A stretch of DNA of 64,000 nucleotides, taken from positions 21,144,001-21,208,000 of the forward strand of contig NC_058368.1 in the NCBI RefSeq assembly GCF_018350175.1. The letters run 5' to 3'. The position numbers were made by a program, and so were the translations under genes. This stretch comes from Felis catus (Eukaryota). This document shows, piece by piece, positions 12,996 to 27,440 of the stretch. The number at the start of each line of letters is the position of its first letter. Position 1 is the first letter of the stretch. Under the pieces are notes generated by a model. The model saw only the letters and a program-made list of their open reading frames with translations. It did no database searches and was not told the DNA's origin.

Positions 12996-14643
12996 AAGGG
13001 AGACTTCTGGCAAAGACGGCAGAATAGGAGGGCTCTGGGCTCACCCTGTCCCCACAAATACAACTAGATAACACTCAGAGAAGTGTGAATAACCCACAGA
13101 ATGACCTGAAGACTGGCAGAACAAATTCCACAGCTAAATGTAGAGAAGAGACCACATGCAAAAACAGAGGGGCTGAATTTTGTGAGTTCGTACAACCTGA
13201 GGGACTTAAAGCGCTAGAACTTTGAAAAATCAGTGGGGTTGGCTCTGGGAGAGTCTGGAAGGCAATCAGAAGCTGAGCCCCTGCCCTTAAGAAGACAGGA
13301 CAACAAACAGCCGCAAAGATACAGCATAGAAGCAGCAGTTGGAAAAACACCCGGGGCATTTAGGAAGGAGAGTTACTGATCTCAGAGTTCACTGAAGGAC
13401 ACTCGGGGAACAAAGGAGCTGACAGGCCTCATCTTCCTCCCCTGTCCCACATAAACACACAGCCACCTGTGGGAACCAGCATGGCACCCAGCATTCATTA
13501 CCTAACTTGCTTGCACCACAACCTGTTACCTTCAGCTGGGCCTGCCTCAGATCCAAGGCTGTGGGTCCCCTCTACCAGGGAACCTGCAAATGCCTTGCTG
13601 GCACGTCTTCCAACCTCAAATTCTGCGGGGCTGCAGTCACAGCAGTGGTGGCTGGAATTACGCCTCCCATCAGCATGCTCTATGGAGTGGCCCCAGCTGC
13701 CCTGGTCTCAGCACCACCTAGGCACCCTTGTAGAAGAGAACCAGCACCACCTTGTTAAAAGCGCACACCCTTGAACACTATTTGCAAAAGCAAGAGATTA
13801 GCTGACTTTACTAACACATGGAAACAGACACAAAGAGGCAAAATGAGGAGACAGAGGAATATGTCCCACACAGCAAGAGACATGAGCAAAATGGAGGTAA
13901 GTAATATGCCTTCTAGAGAATTTGAAGTAATGATCATAAAGATACTCACTATACTTGAGAAAAGAGTTTAGGACATCAAAACCTTAACAGAGACAGAAAA
14001 AAGAACCAATCACAGATGAAGAAAACAATAATTGCAATTAAAAATACACTAAATGCAATAAATAGCAGGCTAGATAAAGTAAAAGAATGAGTCAGTGATA
14101 TAGAGGACAGAGTAATGGAAAGTAATCAAGCTCAGCAGGTGAGAGAAAAAAAATTATGCAAAAGGAGAACAGACTTAAGGAACTCAGTAATTCCATCAAG
14201 CATAATACATTATAGGGACCCCAGAGGGAGAAGAGAGAGAAAAAGGAACAGTAAATTTATTTAAAGAAACAATAGCTGAAAACTTCCTGAATTTGGGGAA
14301 AGAAACAGAAATTCAGATTCAGGAGGCACAGAGATTCCTTAACAAAATCAACCCAAGGACATCCACACAACACACATAGTAATTAAGATGGCAAAAAAGC
14401 AGTAATAAAATAAAAAGAATTTTAAAAGCAACAAGAGAAAAGAAAATAGTTACTACAAAGAAACCTCATAAGGCTATCAGTGGATTTTTCAACAGAAACT
14501 TTGCAGGCCAGAAAGGAATAGGATATCTTAAAAGTGTTGAAAGGAAAAAATCTACAGCCAAGAATATTCTACCCAGTGAGGTTGTCATTCAGAATAGAAG
14601 TAGAGATAAAGAGTTTCTCAGACAAACAAAAGTTAAAGGAGTT

Positions 14644-14850
14644 GGGGTGTCTGGGTGGCTCAGTCAATTGAACGTCCAAATTTGGCTCAGGTCATGAGCC
14701 ACATGGTTCACAGTTCATGGGTTCGAGCCCCATATCAGGCTCACAGCTGTCAGTGAGGAGCCCACTTCAGATCCCCTGCCCCCTCTCTCTCTCTCTGCCC
14801 CTCTCCTGCTCACACTCTCTCTCTTTAGAATAAATGAACATTTAAAAAAA
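14644..14850 (+). mobile_element. Can-SINE in L1 ORF1
   Basis: TSD aaaagttaaaggagtt. Confidence 0.95.
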
Positions 14851-15375
14851 AGTTAAAGGAGTTCACGACCACTAAACCAGCCCTACAAGAAATGTTAAAG
14901 AGGACTCCATCAGTGGAAAGGAAGACCATAAGTAAGAGTAAGAAAAGTAGGAAGCACAAAAGCAGTAAAAATGAGTGTATCTATAAAAATGAGTCAAAGG
15001 ACTCACAAAATAATAGGAATAAAGTATGACACTGTATGCCTAAAACATGGGGAGAAGAGGAGTAAAGAATGGGTTCAAACTTAAGGATTCATCAGTTTAA
15101 GATAGACTGCTATGTGCAGAAGATGTTATACACAAATTTAATGGTGACCACAAATCAAAAACCGGTAATATATATGCAAAACATAAAGAGAAAGGAATCC
15201 AAGTATATCACTAAAGAAAGCCAACTTATGGTGAGAGGAGAGCTAGGCAAGAAAGGAACAGAGAAGATCTACAAACACAAACTTAAAACATAACAAAATT
15301 GCAATAAATACATACCTATCAATAATTATTTTGAATGTCAAATGACTAAATTCTCCTCTCAGAAGACACAGCTTG

Positions 15376-15516
15376 AGGTACCTGGCTGGCTCAGTCTATA
15401 GAGCGTGTGACACTTGATCTCCAGGTTGTGAGTCTGAGCCCCATGTTGGGTGTAGAGCTTACTTTAAAAAATAAAAATAAAATGTATATAAGAAAAGTAA
15501 AAAAAAAAAAAAAAAA
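15376..15516 (+). mobile_element. Short Can-SINE variant lacking the (CT)n tract
   Basis: ctggctggctcagtctatagagcgtgtgac...tgtagagcttactttaaaa. TSD aagacacag / aagacatag. Confidence 0.8.
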
Positions 15517-16541
15517 GACATAGGGTGACAGAATGGATAACAAAACAAGACCCATCTATATGCTGCCTACAAGAGACTCACTTCAGATCTAAAGACACAT
15601 GCAGATAGAAAGTGAGGGGATGGAGAAACATTTATCATGCAAATGAATGTCAAAAGAAAGCCAGAGTAGCAATACTTGTATCAGACAAAAACTAACTTTA
15701 AAACAAAGACTAACAAGAAACAAAGAAAGAAACCATATAATAATAAAGGGGACAATCCAACAAGAAGACATAACAATTGTAAATATTTATGCACTCAACA
15801 TGAAAGCACTCAAATACATAAAGCAATTAGTAACAAATATAAAGGAACTAATCAATAATAATACAAGAATAGTCGGGGACTTTAGCACCCCACTTACATC
15901 AATGGACATATCATCTAAACAGAAAATCAACAAGGAAACAGTGGCTTTAAACAACACACTGGACCAGATGGATTTAATAGATATGTTCCGAACATTCCAT
16001 CCTGAAACAGCAGAATACACATTCTTTTCAAGTGCACACAGAACATTCTCCGGAATAGATCACATATTAAGCCACAAAACAAGTCTCAATAATTCCAAAA
16101 AGACTGAAGTTTATACCGTGCATCTTTTCTGACAACAATGCTAGGAAACCAGAGATCAACCAAAAGAAAAAATCTGGAAGGAGCACAAATACATCAAGGT
16201 TAAATAACATGCTACTACACCATGAATGGGTCAACCAAGAAATCAAAGAGGAAATCAAAAAATACATAAAGACAAATGAACATGAAAACACATGGCTACC
16301 TCAAAAAGCAAGAAAAAAATCTCAAATAAACAACCTAACCTTACACCTGAAGGAGGAAGAAAAAGAACAAACAAAACCCAAAACCAACAGAAGGAAGGAA
16401 ATAATAAAGATTAGAGCAGAAATAAATGATATAGAAACTAAACAACAACAAAAAAACAATAGAACAGATCAAGAGTTGATTTATTGAAAAGATCAACAAA
16501 ACTGATAAGACTCTAGCCAGACTTATTAAAAAGGAGAGACT

Positions 16542-16762
16542 GGGGCACCTGGGTGGCTCAGTCGGTTGAGCGTCTGACTGCAGCTCAGGTCATGATCTCA
16601 CAACTCGTGAGTTCGAGCCCCATGTCATGCTCTGTGCTGACAGCTTGCTCAGAGCCTGGAGCCTGCTTCAGAGTCTGTGTCTCCCTCTCTCTCAACCCTA
16701 CCCCTGCTCACACTCTGTCTCTCTCTCTCTCTCAAAAATAAACATTTAAAAAAAATTTTTTT
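16542..16762 (+). mobile_element. Can-SINE in L1 ORF2
   Basis: TSD aaggagaga. Confidence 0.95.
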
Positions 16763-18359
16763 AAGGAGAGAGTTAGAGTCCTCAAATAAACAAATTATAA
16801 ATTAAAGAGGAGAAATAACCGACACCAAGAAATGAAAAGGATTAAAAGAATATTATGAAAGATTATATGCCAACAAACTGGACAACCTGGAAGAAATGGA
16901 TAAATTCCTAGAAACATATAACCCACCAAGATTGAAACAGGAAGAGATAGAAAATTTGAACAGACAAATTATAACAATGAAATTAATTCTGTAACCAAAA
17001 AATTCAACAAACAAAATTCCAGGACCAGATGGTTTCATGGGGTGAATCCTACCAAACATTTAAAGAGGTGTTAACAACTACTCTTCTCAAATTTTTCCAA
17101 AAAGTAGAAAAGGAAGGAAATTTTCCAGTTTCATCTATGAGGCCAGCATTACCCTGATGCCAAAACCAGATAAAGATACAACAAAAAAAGAGAACTACAA
17201 GCCAATATCCTTGATGAATATAGATGCAAAAATCCTCAACAAAATATTATCAAACAAATCCAAAATTACATTTAAAAAATCAGTCATTACAATCAAGTGG
17301 GATATATTCCCAGGATGCAACAGTGGTGCTGGGAAAACTGGACACCTACATGCAAAAGGATGAGACTGGACCACTTATCTTACACCATATACAAAAATAA
17401 ACTCAAAATGGATTAAGGACCTAAATGTGAGACCTGAAACCATAAAAATCCTGCAAGAGAAGACAGGCTGTAACTTCTCTGAAATCAGTCATAACATCTG
17501 TCTACATATGTCTCCTGAGGCAAGGGAAACAAAAGCAAAAATGAACTAATGGGATTACATCAAAATAAAAGCTTCTGCACAGCAAAGGAAACAACTAATG
17601 AAACGAAAAGGCCACCTTGAATGTGATCAGATATTTGCAAATGACATATCATATAAAGGGGTAGTATCTAAAATATATAAAGAAGTTACACCTCAACACA
17701 CAAAAAACATAATCCAATTAAAAAAAATAGAAGACATGAAAAGACATTTCCCCAAAGAAGACATATAAATGGCCAAAAGACACATGAAAAGATGCTTTAA
17801 CATGACTTATCATCAGGGAAATACAAATCAAAACCACAGTGAGATATCACCTCAAACCTCTCAGAATAGCTAAAATCAAAAACACAAGAAACAAGTGTTG
17901 GCAAGGATGTGGAGAAATAGGAACCTTCATGCATTGTTGGTGGGAATACAAACTGGTGTATCCACTGTGGAAGACAGTATGGAGGTACCTCAAAAAGTAG
18001 AACGACCCTAAGATCCAATAATCACACTACTGGGTGTTTACCCAAAGAGTACAAAAATATTAATTCAAAGTGATACATGCACCCCTATGCTTATAGCAGC
18101 ATTATTTACAATAGCCAAAGTGTGGAAGCAACCTGTTTCCATCGATTGATGAACAGATAAAGAAGATGTGGTATATATATATATGCAGTGGGATATTATT
18201 CGGCCATAAAAAGAATGAAATCTTGCCCTTTGCAACAACATGGATGGAACAGATTGCGATGATAACATACAATTATCTTAAAATTAAAAGTTTAATTTTA
18301 AAAACGGTGACTTTAAACACTTAAATATCTCATACTATCATATAGGAACAAAATAAAAA

Positions 18360-18635
18360 TGCTTTGTCTAGGTCATATGTTGCGAATATGCTTTCCAGTT
18401 TGTTTGTCTTTTGACTTTGTTTATGGTTTTTTAATGATAATAAAATATTTTTATGTTGTTCATTTCATTAAACTTTCCTTCGACAGCTACAGAAGTTTGT
18501 TCCAGGCTTAGAAACACCTTTCTATAGTGAATTATTTCAAATGCTACCATGTTTTCCTATAGAATGTTTGTGACATTAATTGTCTCATATTTAAATCTTT
18601 GATGCATTTGGTGCACAAAGTAGAGTTGTGATTGT

Positions 18636-18677
<42 letters not shown>

Positions 18678-18960
18678 TACAAATGACTATCCAATTATCT
18701 CATTGCTTCTAACAGAATAAGCAACTTTTCCCATCAAATATAATTTGCAGCCTTATCATATGCCACATTCCTATCATAGGGGTGTCAAAATTTTCCACAC
18801 GTACTCTCTATTCTGCATCATTAATATCCCATTCGTTGAACCAGCACTCTAACATCTAAACTATTATAGTTTCTTGGAATGCTTTAACATCTGGGGGCTC
18901 TAGTCCATTCTTATTGCTCTACCTTTTCAGAATATTTTAGTATGAACTTTAAAAATCTAG
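18360..18960 (-). mobile_element. Ancient L1 ORF2 remnant containing a (TG)n repeat at 18638-18671
   Basis: tgttgcgaatatgctttccagtttg...tttaaatctttgatgcatttgg, reverse L1 motifs. Confidence 0.6.
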
Positions 18961-19084
18961 TTCCTAGTGTCCAAATTTATTTTTCAGGGAAGGGAATGCA
19001 AGGAGTATCAGCAGCTTAAATGTATAGCTTACTAATAATTAATAATCCTGGAATTTGCTGGGATCATGTCAAATTTAGAGAACA

Positions 19085-19265
19085 CCTGCTGTACCACCTA
19101 CAACCTTAGGCAAGTTACTTGCTCTGCTAAGAAGTCTGTTTCTTTACCTGTAAAAATGGAGATGATGAGAACGGCCATCGTAGAGTTGTTGGAATAATAC
19201 ATACAAAGCACCTAGCACTGTGTCTGGCACAAAAGTGTTCAATGGGTGTTCATGGTTATTATTCC
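19085..19265 (+). mobile_element. MIR
   Basis: accttaggcaagttactt...tttctttacctgtaaaaatggagat...aaagcacctagcactgtgtctggcac. Confidence 0.8.
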
Positions 19266-19902
19266 TCCTTGTTCTGAGTTTTTGTAAATTACTTCAACTA
19301 AAAACCTTCTGCACAAATTATTTGTTGGCTTGCCTATTTCTGTCTCTGAAACTCTGAGGAGAGGAACCATGTTTTTTATTCCTCTTTTATACTCAGTACC
19401 TAGTATAAGGTACCTGCTTTGTCTTTGGTGGCCCCTCACCTCTCCATCATGGCATGTGTCAATCTCTGCTTCTTCCCAGTTGCCTCACACCCATCCTGAC
19501 ATTCAATGCTACCCTCTCACTGTTCAGAAACCCCCCCTCCTGCCTACATCTGGCCTGCTTCAATTGCTCTTTGTAGCTCACAACTTCAAAAGCCCTCCCC
19601 TCATCTCACCCTCCTATTCCCACCTTTTCTGCCCAAGGTCTATTCCCTGAGAGTTGTTGATCCCAGTTGACTTACTTGACTATATTGTAAGTCATAATAA
19701 AATGTTATGGATCTTAGGTTGAACACTAGAATCCAGAAGCACATTAACACAAATGTATTTCTGACTAATATAATGTACCCAATGGTGTTTGTGAAGTTAT
19801 CTTGGCTAAAACTCCTGAGCTCCAACTAGCCCGCTACTGCATCAACTTCCTTTTAGCCCTCATCTCCTTTAAGTAGTTTTTCTGCAAGTTGAAATGCATT
19901 CA

Positions 19903-20029
19903 GGGGTGCCTGAGTGGCTCAGTCTGTCAAACATCTGACTCTTGGGTTTAGCTCAGGTCATCATCTCACAGTTCGTGAGTTTGAGCCTCGCATCAGGCTC
20001 CACGCTGACAGCACAGAGTCGGTCTGGGA

Positions 20030-20068
<39 letters not shown>

Positions 20069-20119
20069 CTCCTCCGCTCTGTCTCTCAAAATGAATAAAC
20101 TTAAAAAAAATTTTTTTTA
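19903..20119 (+). mobile_element. Can-SINE
   Basis: TSD gaaatgcattc / gaaattcattc. Confidence 0.93.
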
Positions 20120-22019
20120 AGAAATTCATTCTGTCATATATTTTCCCCTTCCTCTTTTTAAAGAGATCTGTACAAACATTACCACTTGCCTGAAGAATTT
20201 TTGATTAGCACCCAAATTAAAACTTTAAAACTGTAAAAGGGAAACCTTACAACTCTTAGAGCCTCCTGAATTCTGTCTAAAGCTTGCCTAGACGGAGAAC
20301 TAAGAACTACATGCCCAAAGTACAGTTTTAACAAGATGATAAGCTTGGGTTTACTGGAAGAGCAGGTTAGGAAACTTCCCTTGGTTCTGCATTCCCAGAT
20401 ATAGCCCTAAGATGAGACTTCCCAGGATAGCATTTCCAGGGCTTGAGAGCTTCAAAAAATTTCTACTATTCTTCCAGATCCAAACTAAGGCTGAGTTTGA
20501 GATGCCCACTTATGTGTCCTCTAATACTGCAGACCCTGGAGTAATTCCTGCTGACGAGGCTACTCCTGTGGGGGCCTAGCTCAATTCTGCAAGCCATCTC
20601 CACAAATATTCTTTTCCAACTCCCTCATTGGGTCCTAAGAGAGGAATTTCAGAGAAGGGAATGGGGGCACTGTCAGCAGCTTAAGTTCACACCTTTTTAT
20701 GTTTTTATTATACTTCCTAATGACATCTAAACGATTCATGGTAAGAAAGAAATGCCTTGGCCCTTCGTAGTATGAGGTGGAGTCACCTAGTCTCCACCCT
20801 CAGCTGTCCCTTTCTCTCCAACAGCACGTCCTCCACTCTCCCCCTCACACTTCAGTTCCTATTACGGCCTCACCAATTTTCCTCTCCTTCCTCCAGTTCC
20901 CCTCTGTCCCACACACAACTGTCAGAATAATCTTCCAAGAATTCCACTTAATTCATGAAACAAACCTAATTACTCCTGGTCCTCTCTCCCTTCCCACCCT
21001 TCAGGCTCAGTCTGAGCTCCCTCGCCTCCCTGAAATGTCTTGCAGTGGCCCCTGTCCCCAGGGCTCTTCTCTCCTCAAAGCTCCTGAAACCAGAACTGAT
21101 ATTCTTGGTCATGGTGGACTGACTCTTCACTCCGAGAGTATGTTCTGACCAAGTCACATCCATTCTAATCCCGCCAGATGCCTGTGTAATATACACCTTG
21201 TTAAATACAGCATTCATTTTCTCTATCACTCATCTGGATATTTTATCAAAAACTATATGCCATTGTTATTTAAGTATTTGCAAGGGGCATATGTTTTGGG
21301 TTTCCTACTAGATTATGCCACTCCCTGGGGACAGCTTCTATTTCTATTCTGAGCCCCAGGAACTAACCCAGAGGCACATGCAGAGATGACCTTCAGAACA
21401 CTTGCAGAAGGAGTCACTGGATGGCGTAAAAAGTAGTTAACAATAAGGATCCTGTGCTTACTTACCATCACCTAGCCTCCCAGTTTTAGAGCCTGCTGCT
21501 CTGCCTAAAACTACTCACCCTGCCGAGTTACTTCGCTTCTGTTCCCACCTCTCCCACTTAACTGTTTGTTATTTCCTAATGTGCACACCCCTCCTAACTG
21601 TCTCCCTCACACATTTGAAAAGAAACCCCTCTGAGTGTTTCCATATGAAAATCCACTGGCCTCATGATGGTGTCTGAAAGTTATTCCTGAAAGACTTGAA
21701 ATTCCCACTTAAGACTCCACCAAGCCAGAAATTTCTAGGCAAAACATGGATCCCAAGGAAGATATCACAATTTCAGGGCTGACACACTTCATTGACAGCA
21801 TATTGAATTCAGCTGAAGAAGACCACAGACCTAACCACCTTTTTTAAAAACCGAAGATACTCTCTCTCCCTGCCCCCAGCCCTCTTTAACCTTCTCTGTT
21901 TTCCTCTATATAACTCATCTCCTTCTGACAAAAGTTTATGGTATACATTTTAATCTGTTTATTGTTCATTGTCTATCTCCCCCAATTAGAACATGAGCCC
22001 CATAAGGGCAGGGATATTT

Positions 22020-22670
22020 TTAATTATAGTAAAATACACACGACATAAAACTTACGGCTTTAAAGTCCATTTTCAACTGTACCATGCAGTGTATTAAATA
22101 CATTCACATTGTTGTGCAGCTATCACCACCATCTCTCCACAGTGCTCTTTTCATCTCTGCCACTGAACACCAACTCTCCATTCTCCCTCCCTCCAGCGCC
22201 TGACAACAACCATCCTACTTTCTATCTCTATGGATTTGACTACTCTATGCACCTCCTCCAAGTGGAATCACACAGTATTGTCTTTTGGTGACTGGCTTAT
22301 TTCGGTTAGCATAATGTTCTCCCGGTTCATCCACGTTTCAGAATCTCCTTACTTCTTAAGGCTGGACCGTGCTCACACTTTGTGTATCCACTCATCTGTC
22401 AGTGGACACTCAGGTGGCTTCCATCTTTTAGCTGTTGTGAATAACACTGCTCTGAACATGGGTGTACAAGTATCTCTGCAAGACTCTGCTTTCAATTCTT
22501 TTAGGTGTATATCCATAAATAGAATTGCTGGATCATATAGTAACTTTATTTTTAATCTTTTGAGGAATTGCTGTATTGCTTTTCATAGTGGCTGCACCAT
22601 TTCACATTCCTACCAGTACTACACAAGAATTTCAATTTCTCCACACCCTCACCAACACTTGTTATTTTCT
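22020..22670 (-). mobile_element. L1MB-type 3' fragment inserted in an L2 (about 21880-22775)
   Basis: L1 3' UTR motifs. Flanking near-repeat taagggcagggatattt / taaaggcagaaatattt. Confidence 0.8.
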
Positions 22671-23129
22671 GTAAAGGCAGAAATATTTATCTGGTATATT
22701 CACTGATGTATGCCAAACACTTAGAACAGGGTGTGGCACAAACTCAGCACTTCACTGTATTTACTCATTGAACTCAACTGGAGAAATGGTGTTGAGTAGG
22801 TGGCTCGCATTACTTGAATTTGAATCTTCGCTCACACCCTCAGACACTACACCATGGACACATTATTTGACATCCCTGAAGTTTAGGTTAACACTCATCT
22901 AAAAAGCACCTATCTCAGGATGTTATAACAATCCAGTAAGACAATGTAGGTAAAGCTGTCAGCCCAGTTTGTCTCATTAGTCCCCTTCCTTTCACCCTGA
23001 TTCCAATAGCACATTATGCTGACTTGGATAAGAAGGCTACCAGTAATCGAGGTTGACTGGACAGAAGTCTCTGCCTTTTTGGCAAGTTTCATTTGACTAC
23101 CTCTTGACTTGTGAACCTGAGAGAATCTC

Positions 23130-23350
23130 TATCAACTATCTACCTCTTACATTCTTTTGTTTTTCTTTATACCAATATTATTATCAAAACTATATACCAT
23201 ATCTATCGGTTTACTTGTTTATCCATCTTCTCTACCAGAATGTGAGCTCTATGTAGGAAAGATCTTTATCTGTCTTGTTTATGGCTTTATTTGCAAGGCC
23301 CAGAACAGCTGGCACATTAAAAGCCTCAATAAATATTTGTTGGGGGAATA
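23130..23350 (+). mobile_element. L2 3' end
   Basis: agaatgtgagctctatgtagg...gcccagaacagctggcacat...ctcaataaatatttgttg. Confidence 0.8.
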
Positions 23351-23519
23351 AATGCATTTAAATAGTTGCTAATCACCTGCTATAGGCACTGTGCTTACTA
23401 CTGGGTATCCTGATATTATAAGACATACTTCCTTCCCATAAGAAGCTCACACAGTTTAATTAGGAGATGATTTATAAATAAATCATTAAATATAATGTGA
23501 GACACACAGTAGAAAAACA

Positions 23520-23745
23520 GGGTGCCTGGGTGGCTCACTCGTTTAAGTGTCCAACTTCAGCTCAGGTCATGATCTCGTGGTTGGTGAGTTTGAGCCCCAT
23601 GTTGGGCTCTGTGCTGACAGCTCAGAGCCTGGAGCCTTCTTCTTATTCTGTGTCTCCCTCTCTCTCTGCCCCTCCTCCACTCATGCTCTGTCTCTCTCAA
23701 GAATAAACATTAAAAAAAATTATTTTAAATAATAAGCAAAAAAAG
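23520..23745 (+). mobile_element. Can-SINE
   Basis: Canonical head, (CT)n tract and A-tail. Confidence 0.93.
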
Positions 23746-23749
23746 AAAT

Positions 23750-26700
23750 TATTAAATCTATTTGGAGGCCTAAATGCTCCATTCAGAAGGCATAGGGTGG
23801 TGGAATGGATTTCTAAAAAGCGAGACCAATTTATATGCTTCCTGCAAGAGACTTACCTCAGACCTAAAGATGCATACAGACTGAAAATGAAGGGATGTAA
23901 AAACATTTACCATGGAAATGGAAGAAGAAGAAAAAAAAGCCAGGACAGCCATACTTATATCAGACAAAATAAACTTTAAAACAAAGACTATAACAAGAGA
24001 CAAAGAAAGGTAGTACATAATGATAAAGGGATCAATCCAAAAAGTTGATAGAACAATTTTAAATATCTACACATGCAATACTGGAGCACCTAAATACATA
24101 AAGCAAATAATAATGGACATGAAGGTAGAAATTTATGGTAATACAATAATAGTAGGGACTTTAACACATCATGTACATCAATGGATAGACCATCCAGGCA
24201 GAAAATCAATAAGGAAACAATGTCTTTGAATGACACATTGGACCAGATGGACGTAACAGATATATACAGAACATTCTATTCAAAAGCATCCAGGAACAGC
24301 ACTCGTTTCAAGTGCATGGAACATTCTCCAGAATGGATCACATATGAGGCCACAAAACAAGCTTCAAAAAATTTAAGATCAAAATAATACCAGGAATCTT
24401 TTCTGGTCACAGTGGACTAAAACTAGAAATAAATCCCAAGAAAAAAAAAACTGTAAAGAACACAAAAATGTGCAAACTAAACAACATAATACTAAACAAC
24501 CAATGGGTCAATGAAGCAATCAAAGAAGAAATTTAAAAAAAAAATACATGAAGAAAAATAAAAAGAAAAACACAATCGTCCAAAATCTTTGGGACATAGC
24601 AAAAGCAGTTGTGAGAGGAAAATATATTGCAATACAGGCCTACCTCAAGAAACAAGAAAAAGATCAAATAAATAATCTAACCCTGCACCTAAAGGAACTA
24701 GAAACAGAATAACAAATAAAACCCAAGGTGAGTATAAGAAAGGAAATAATAAATATCAGAGCAGAAATAAATGACATAGGGACTAAAAAAGAAAAAAAGG
24801 AAAAGGAAAAAGGAAAAAATTAACAAAATGAAGAACTAGTTCTTTGAAAAAATAAACAAAATTGATTAACCCTTAGCCAGAATCATCATGAAAAAATAAA
24901 GGACTCAAATAAATAAAATCAAAAAAGAGGAGAATTAACAAGTGACATCACAGAAATATAAGAATTATAGGAGAATATTAGGAAAATCTATATGTCAACA
25001 AATTGAACAACCTAGAACAAATGGGTAAATTCACAGAAACATAACAATCTTCTAAAACTGAACCAGGAAGAAATAGAAAATCTGAACAGACCAATTACAA
25101 GTAAAGAAACTGAATCAGTAATCAAAAAACTTCCAAGAAACAAAAATCCAGGTGGATTCACAGGTGAATTCTAATAAACATTTAAAGAGGAGTTAATATT
25201 TATTTTTCTCAAACTACTCCAGAAAATAGAAGAGGAGGGAAGGCTCCCAAATACATTCTATGAAGCTAGCATTACCCAGATACCAAAACCAGATAAAGAC
25301 ACCACAAAAAAGAAAAAGAAAAAGAAAAAGAAAGACAGACAGACAGAAAAAAAGAAAGAAAGAAAACTACAGACCAATATACCTTATGAAGATAGATGCA
25401 AAAATCCTCAAAAAAATTAGCAAACTGCACATAACAATACATTAAAAAGATCATTCATCACAACCAAGTAGTATTTATTCCAGGGATGCAAGGATGGCTC
25501 AATATTCACAAATCAATCAATGTGAAACACCACAGCCACCAAATGAAGAACAAAAATCATATAATCATCTCAATAGATGCAGAAAGGCATTTGAAAAAAT
25601 TCAATATCCATTCATGATAAAAATTTTCAACAAAGTGGGTGTAGAGAAAACATACTTCAACATAATAAAGGCAATATATGACAACCCACAGCTAACATCA
25701 TATTAAATGGGAAAAAACCGAGAGCTTTCCTCTAAGATCTGGAACAAAACAAGGATGTCCACTTTTGCCACTCTTATTCAACATAGTACTGAAAAGTCCT
25801 AGCTACAGCAATTAGACAAAAAAAAAAAAGAAACAAGAGGCATCAATATTGGTAAGAAAGAAGTTAAACTGTCACAATTTGCAGATGGAATGATACTATA
25901 CATAAAAAATCGTAAAGACTCAACCAAAAACTACCAGCAGGAACACGTGAATTCAGTAAAGTTGAAGGATCCAAAATTAATACCTAGATATCAGTACTAT
26001 TTCTATACACCATTAATGAAGTTGCAGAAAAAGAAATTAAAACAACACCATTTACAATTGTACCAAAAAGAATAAAATACCTAGGAATAAACTTAACCAA
26101 GGAGGTAAAAGACATGTGCTCTGAAAACTATAAAACACTGATAAAGGAAACTGAAGATGACATAAACAAATGGAAAGATATATCATGCTCATGGATTGGA
26201 GAATTAATATTGTTAAAATGTCCATATCAGACAAAGAAATCTACAGATTCAATGAAATCCCTATTAAAATACCAACAGCATTTTCCACAAAACCAGAATA
26301 ATGCTAAAATTTGTATGGAAGCACAAAAGATCCCAAATAGCCAAAGCAATCTTGAGAAAGAACAAAGCTGGAGGTATCACAGTTCCAGATTTCAAGATAT
26401 ACTACAAAGTTGTAGTAATTAAAACACTATGGTACTGGCACAAAAATAGATACATAGATGAAAAGAAAAGAATAGAGAACCCCCCCAAAAAAAGAATAGA
26501 GAGCCCAGAAATAAACCAAAAATTATATGATCAGTTAATTTATGACAAAGGAGAAAAGATTATACAATAGGGAATAAATAAATACAATGGAAAAGTAACT
26601 AAACAACTACATATAAAAGAATGAAACTGGACCACCTGTTTTTAATGTTTATTCATTTATTTTGAGAGGGGGGAGGGGCAGAGAGAGAGGACAGAGAGAA

Positions 26701-27440
26701 TCTCAAGCAGGGGCTCCATCCCACAAACTGTGAGATCATGACCTGAGCCTCAATCAAGAGTTGGATGCTCAACTGACTGAGCCACCCAGGTACCCCTAAA
26801 GCAGACCACCTTTTAACACCATACACAAAATTAAACTCAAAATGGATTAAAGGGCTAAATGTGAGACCTGAAACCATAAAAATCCTACAAAAGAACACAG
26901 GTAGTATTTTCTCTAACATCAGCCACAACAATGTTTTTCTAGATGTGTCTCCTCAGGCCAGGTAAACAAAGCAAAAATAATCTGTTAAAACTATACCAAA
27001 ATCAAAAGCTTTCACACAGCAAAGGAACCCATCAACAAAACAAAAAGACAATCTACTGAATGGGAGAAGATATTTGCAAGCTATATGTCTAATAAAGGAT
27101 TAATATCCAAAATATACAAAGAACCTACAAAACTCACACCAAAAAAACAAACAATCTGATTAAAAATGGGTAGAGGACTTGAATAGACATATTTCAAAAG
27201 GAAACACAGATGGCCAACATACACATGATGTCAACATCACTAATCATCAGGGAAATGCAAATAGAAACCACAATGAAATTTTACCTCACACCTGTTAGAA
27301 TGGTTAAAGTCAAAAAGACAAGAAATAATAAGTCTTGGCAAGGATGCAGAGAAAAAGGAACCCTCATACATTGAAGGTGGGCATGTAAATTGGTATAGCC
27401 ACTGTGGAACACAGTATGGAGTTCCCTCAAAAAACAAAAA
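23750..27440 (+). mobile_element. L1 copy A (ORF2 only, decayed, 3' end absent)
   Basis: Endonuclease (ICFLQETYLR), RT region (gcagatggaatgatactata, ADDM-like) and C-terminal remnants. Confidence 0.92.
26638..26796 (-). mobile_element. Can-SINE (internally deleted) in L1 copy A
   Basis: TSD gaccacct. Confidence 0.88.

Larger units (their letters stand above)
12996..18250 (+). mobile_element. Near-full-length carnivore LINE-1 (5' UTR, ORF1, ORF2), decayed, with RT deletion and missing 3' end
   Basis: ORF1 from about 13843 (MRRQRNM...REFEVMIIKIL). Endonuclease remnant in ORF 15647..16132 (GDFSTPL...IDHILSHK). Contains three SINEs. Confidence 0.93.

Noticed and set aside
26461..26510. aaaagaatagaga duplicated around a short C-run and A-run, a possible micro-insertion
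   Set aside because: The cargo is too short to identify and cannot be distinguished from a slippage duplication.
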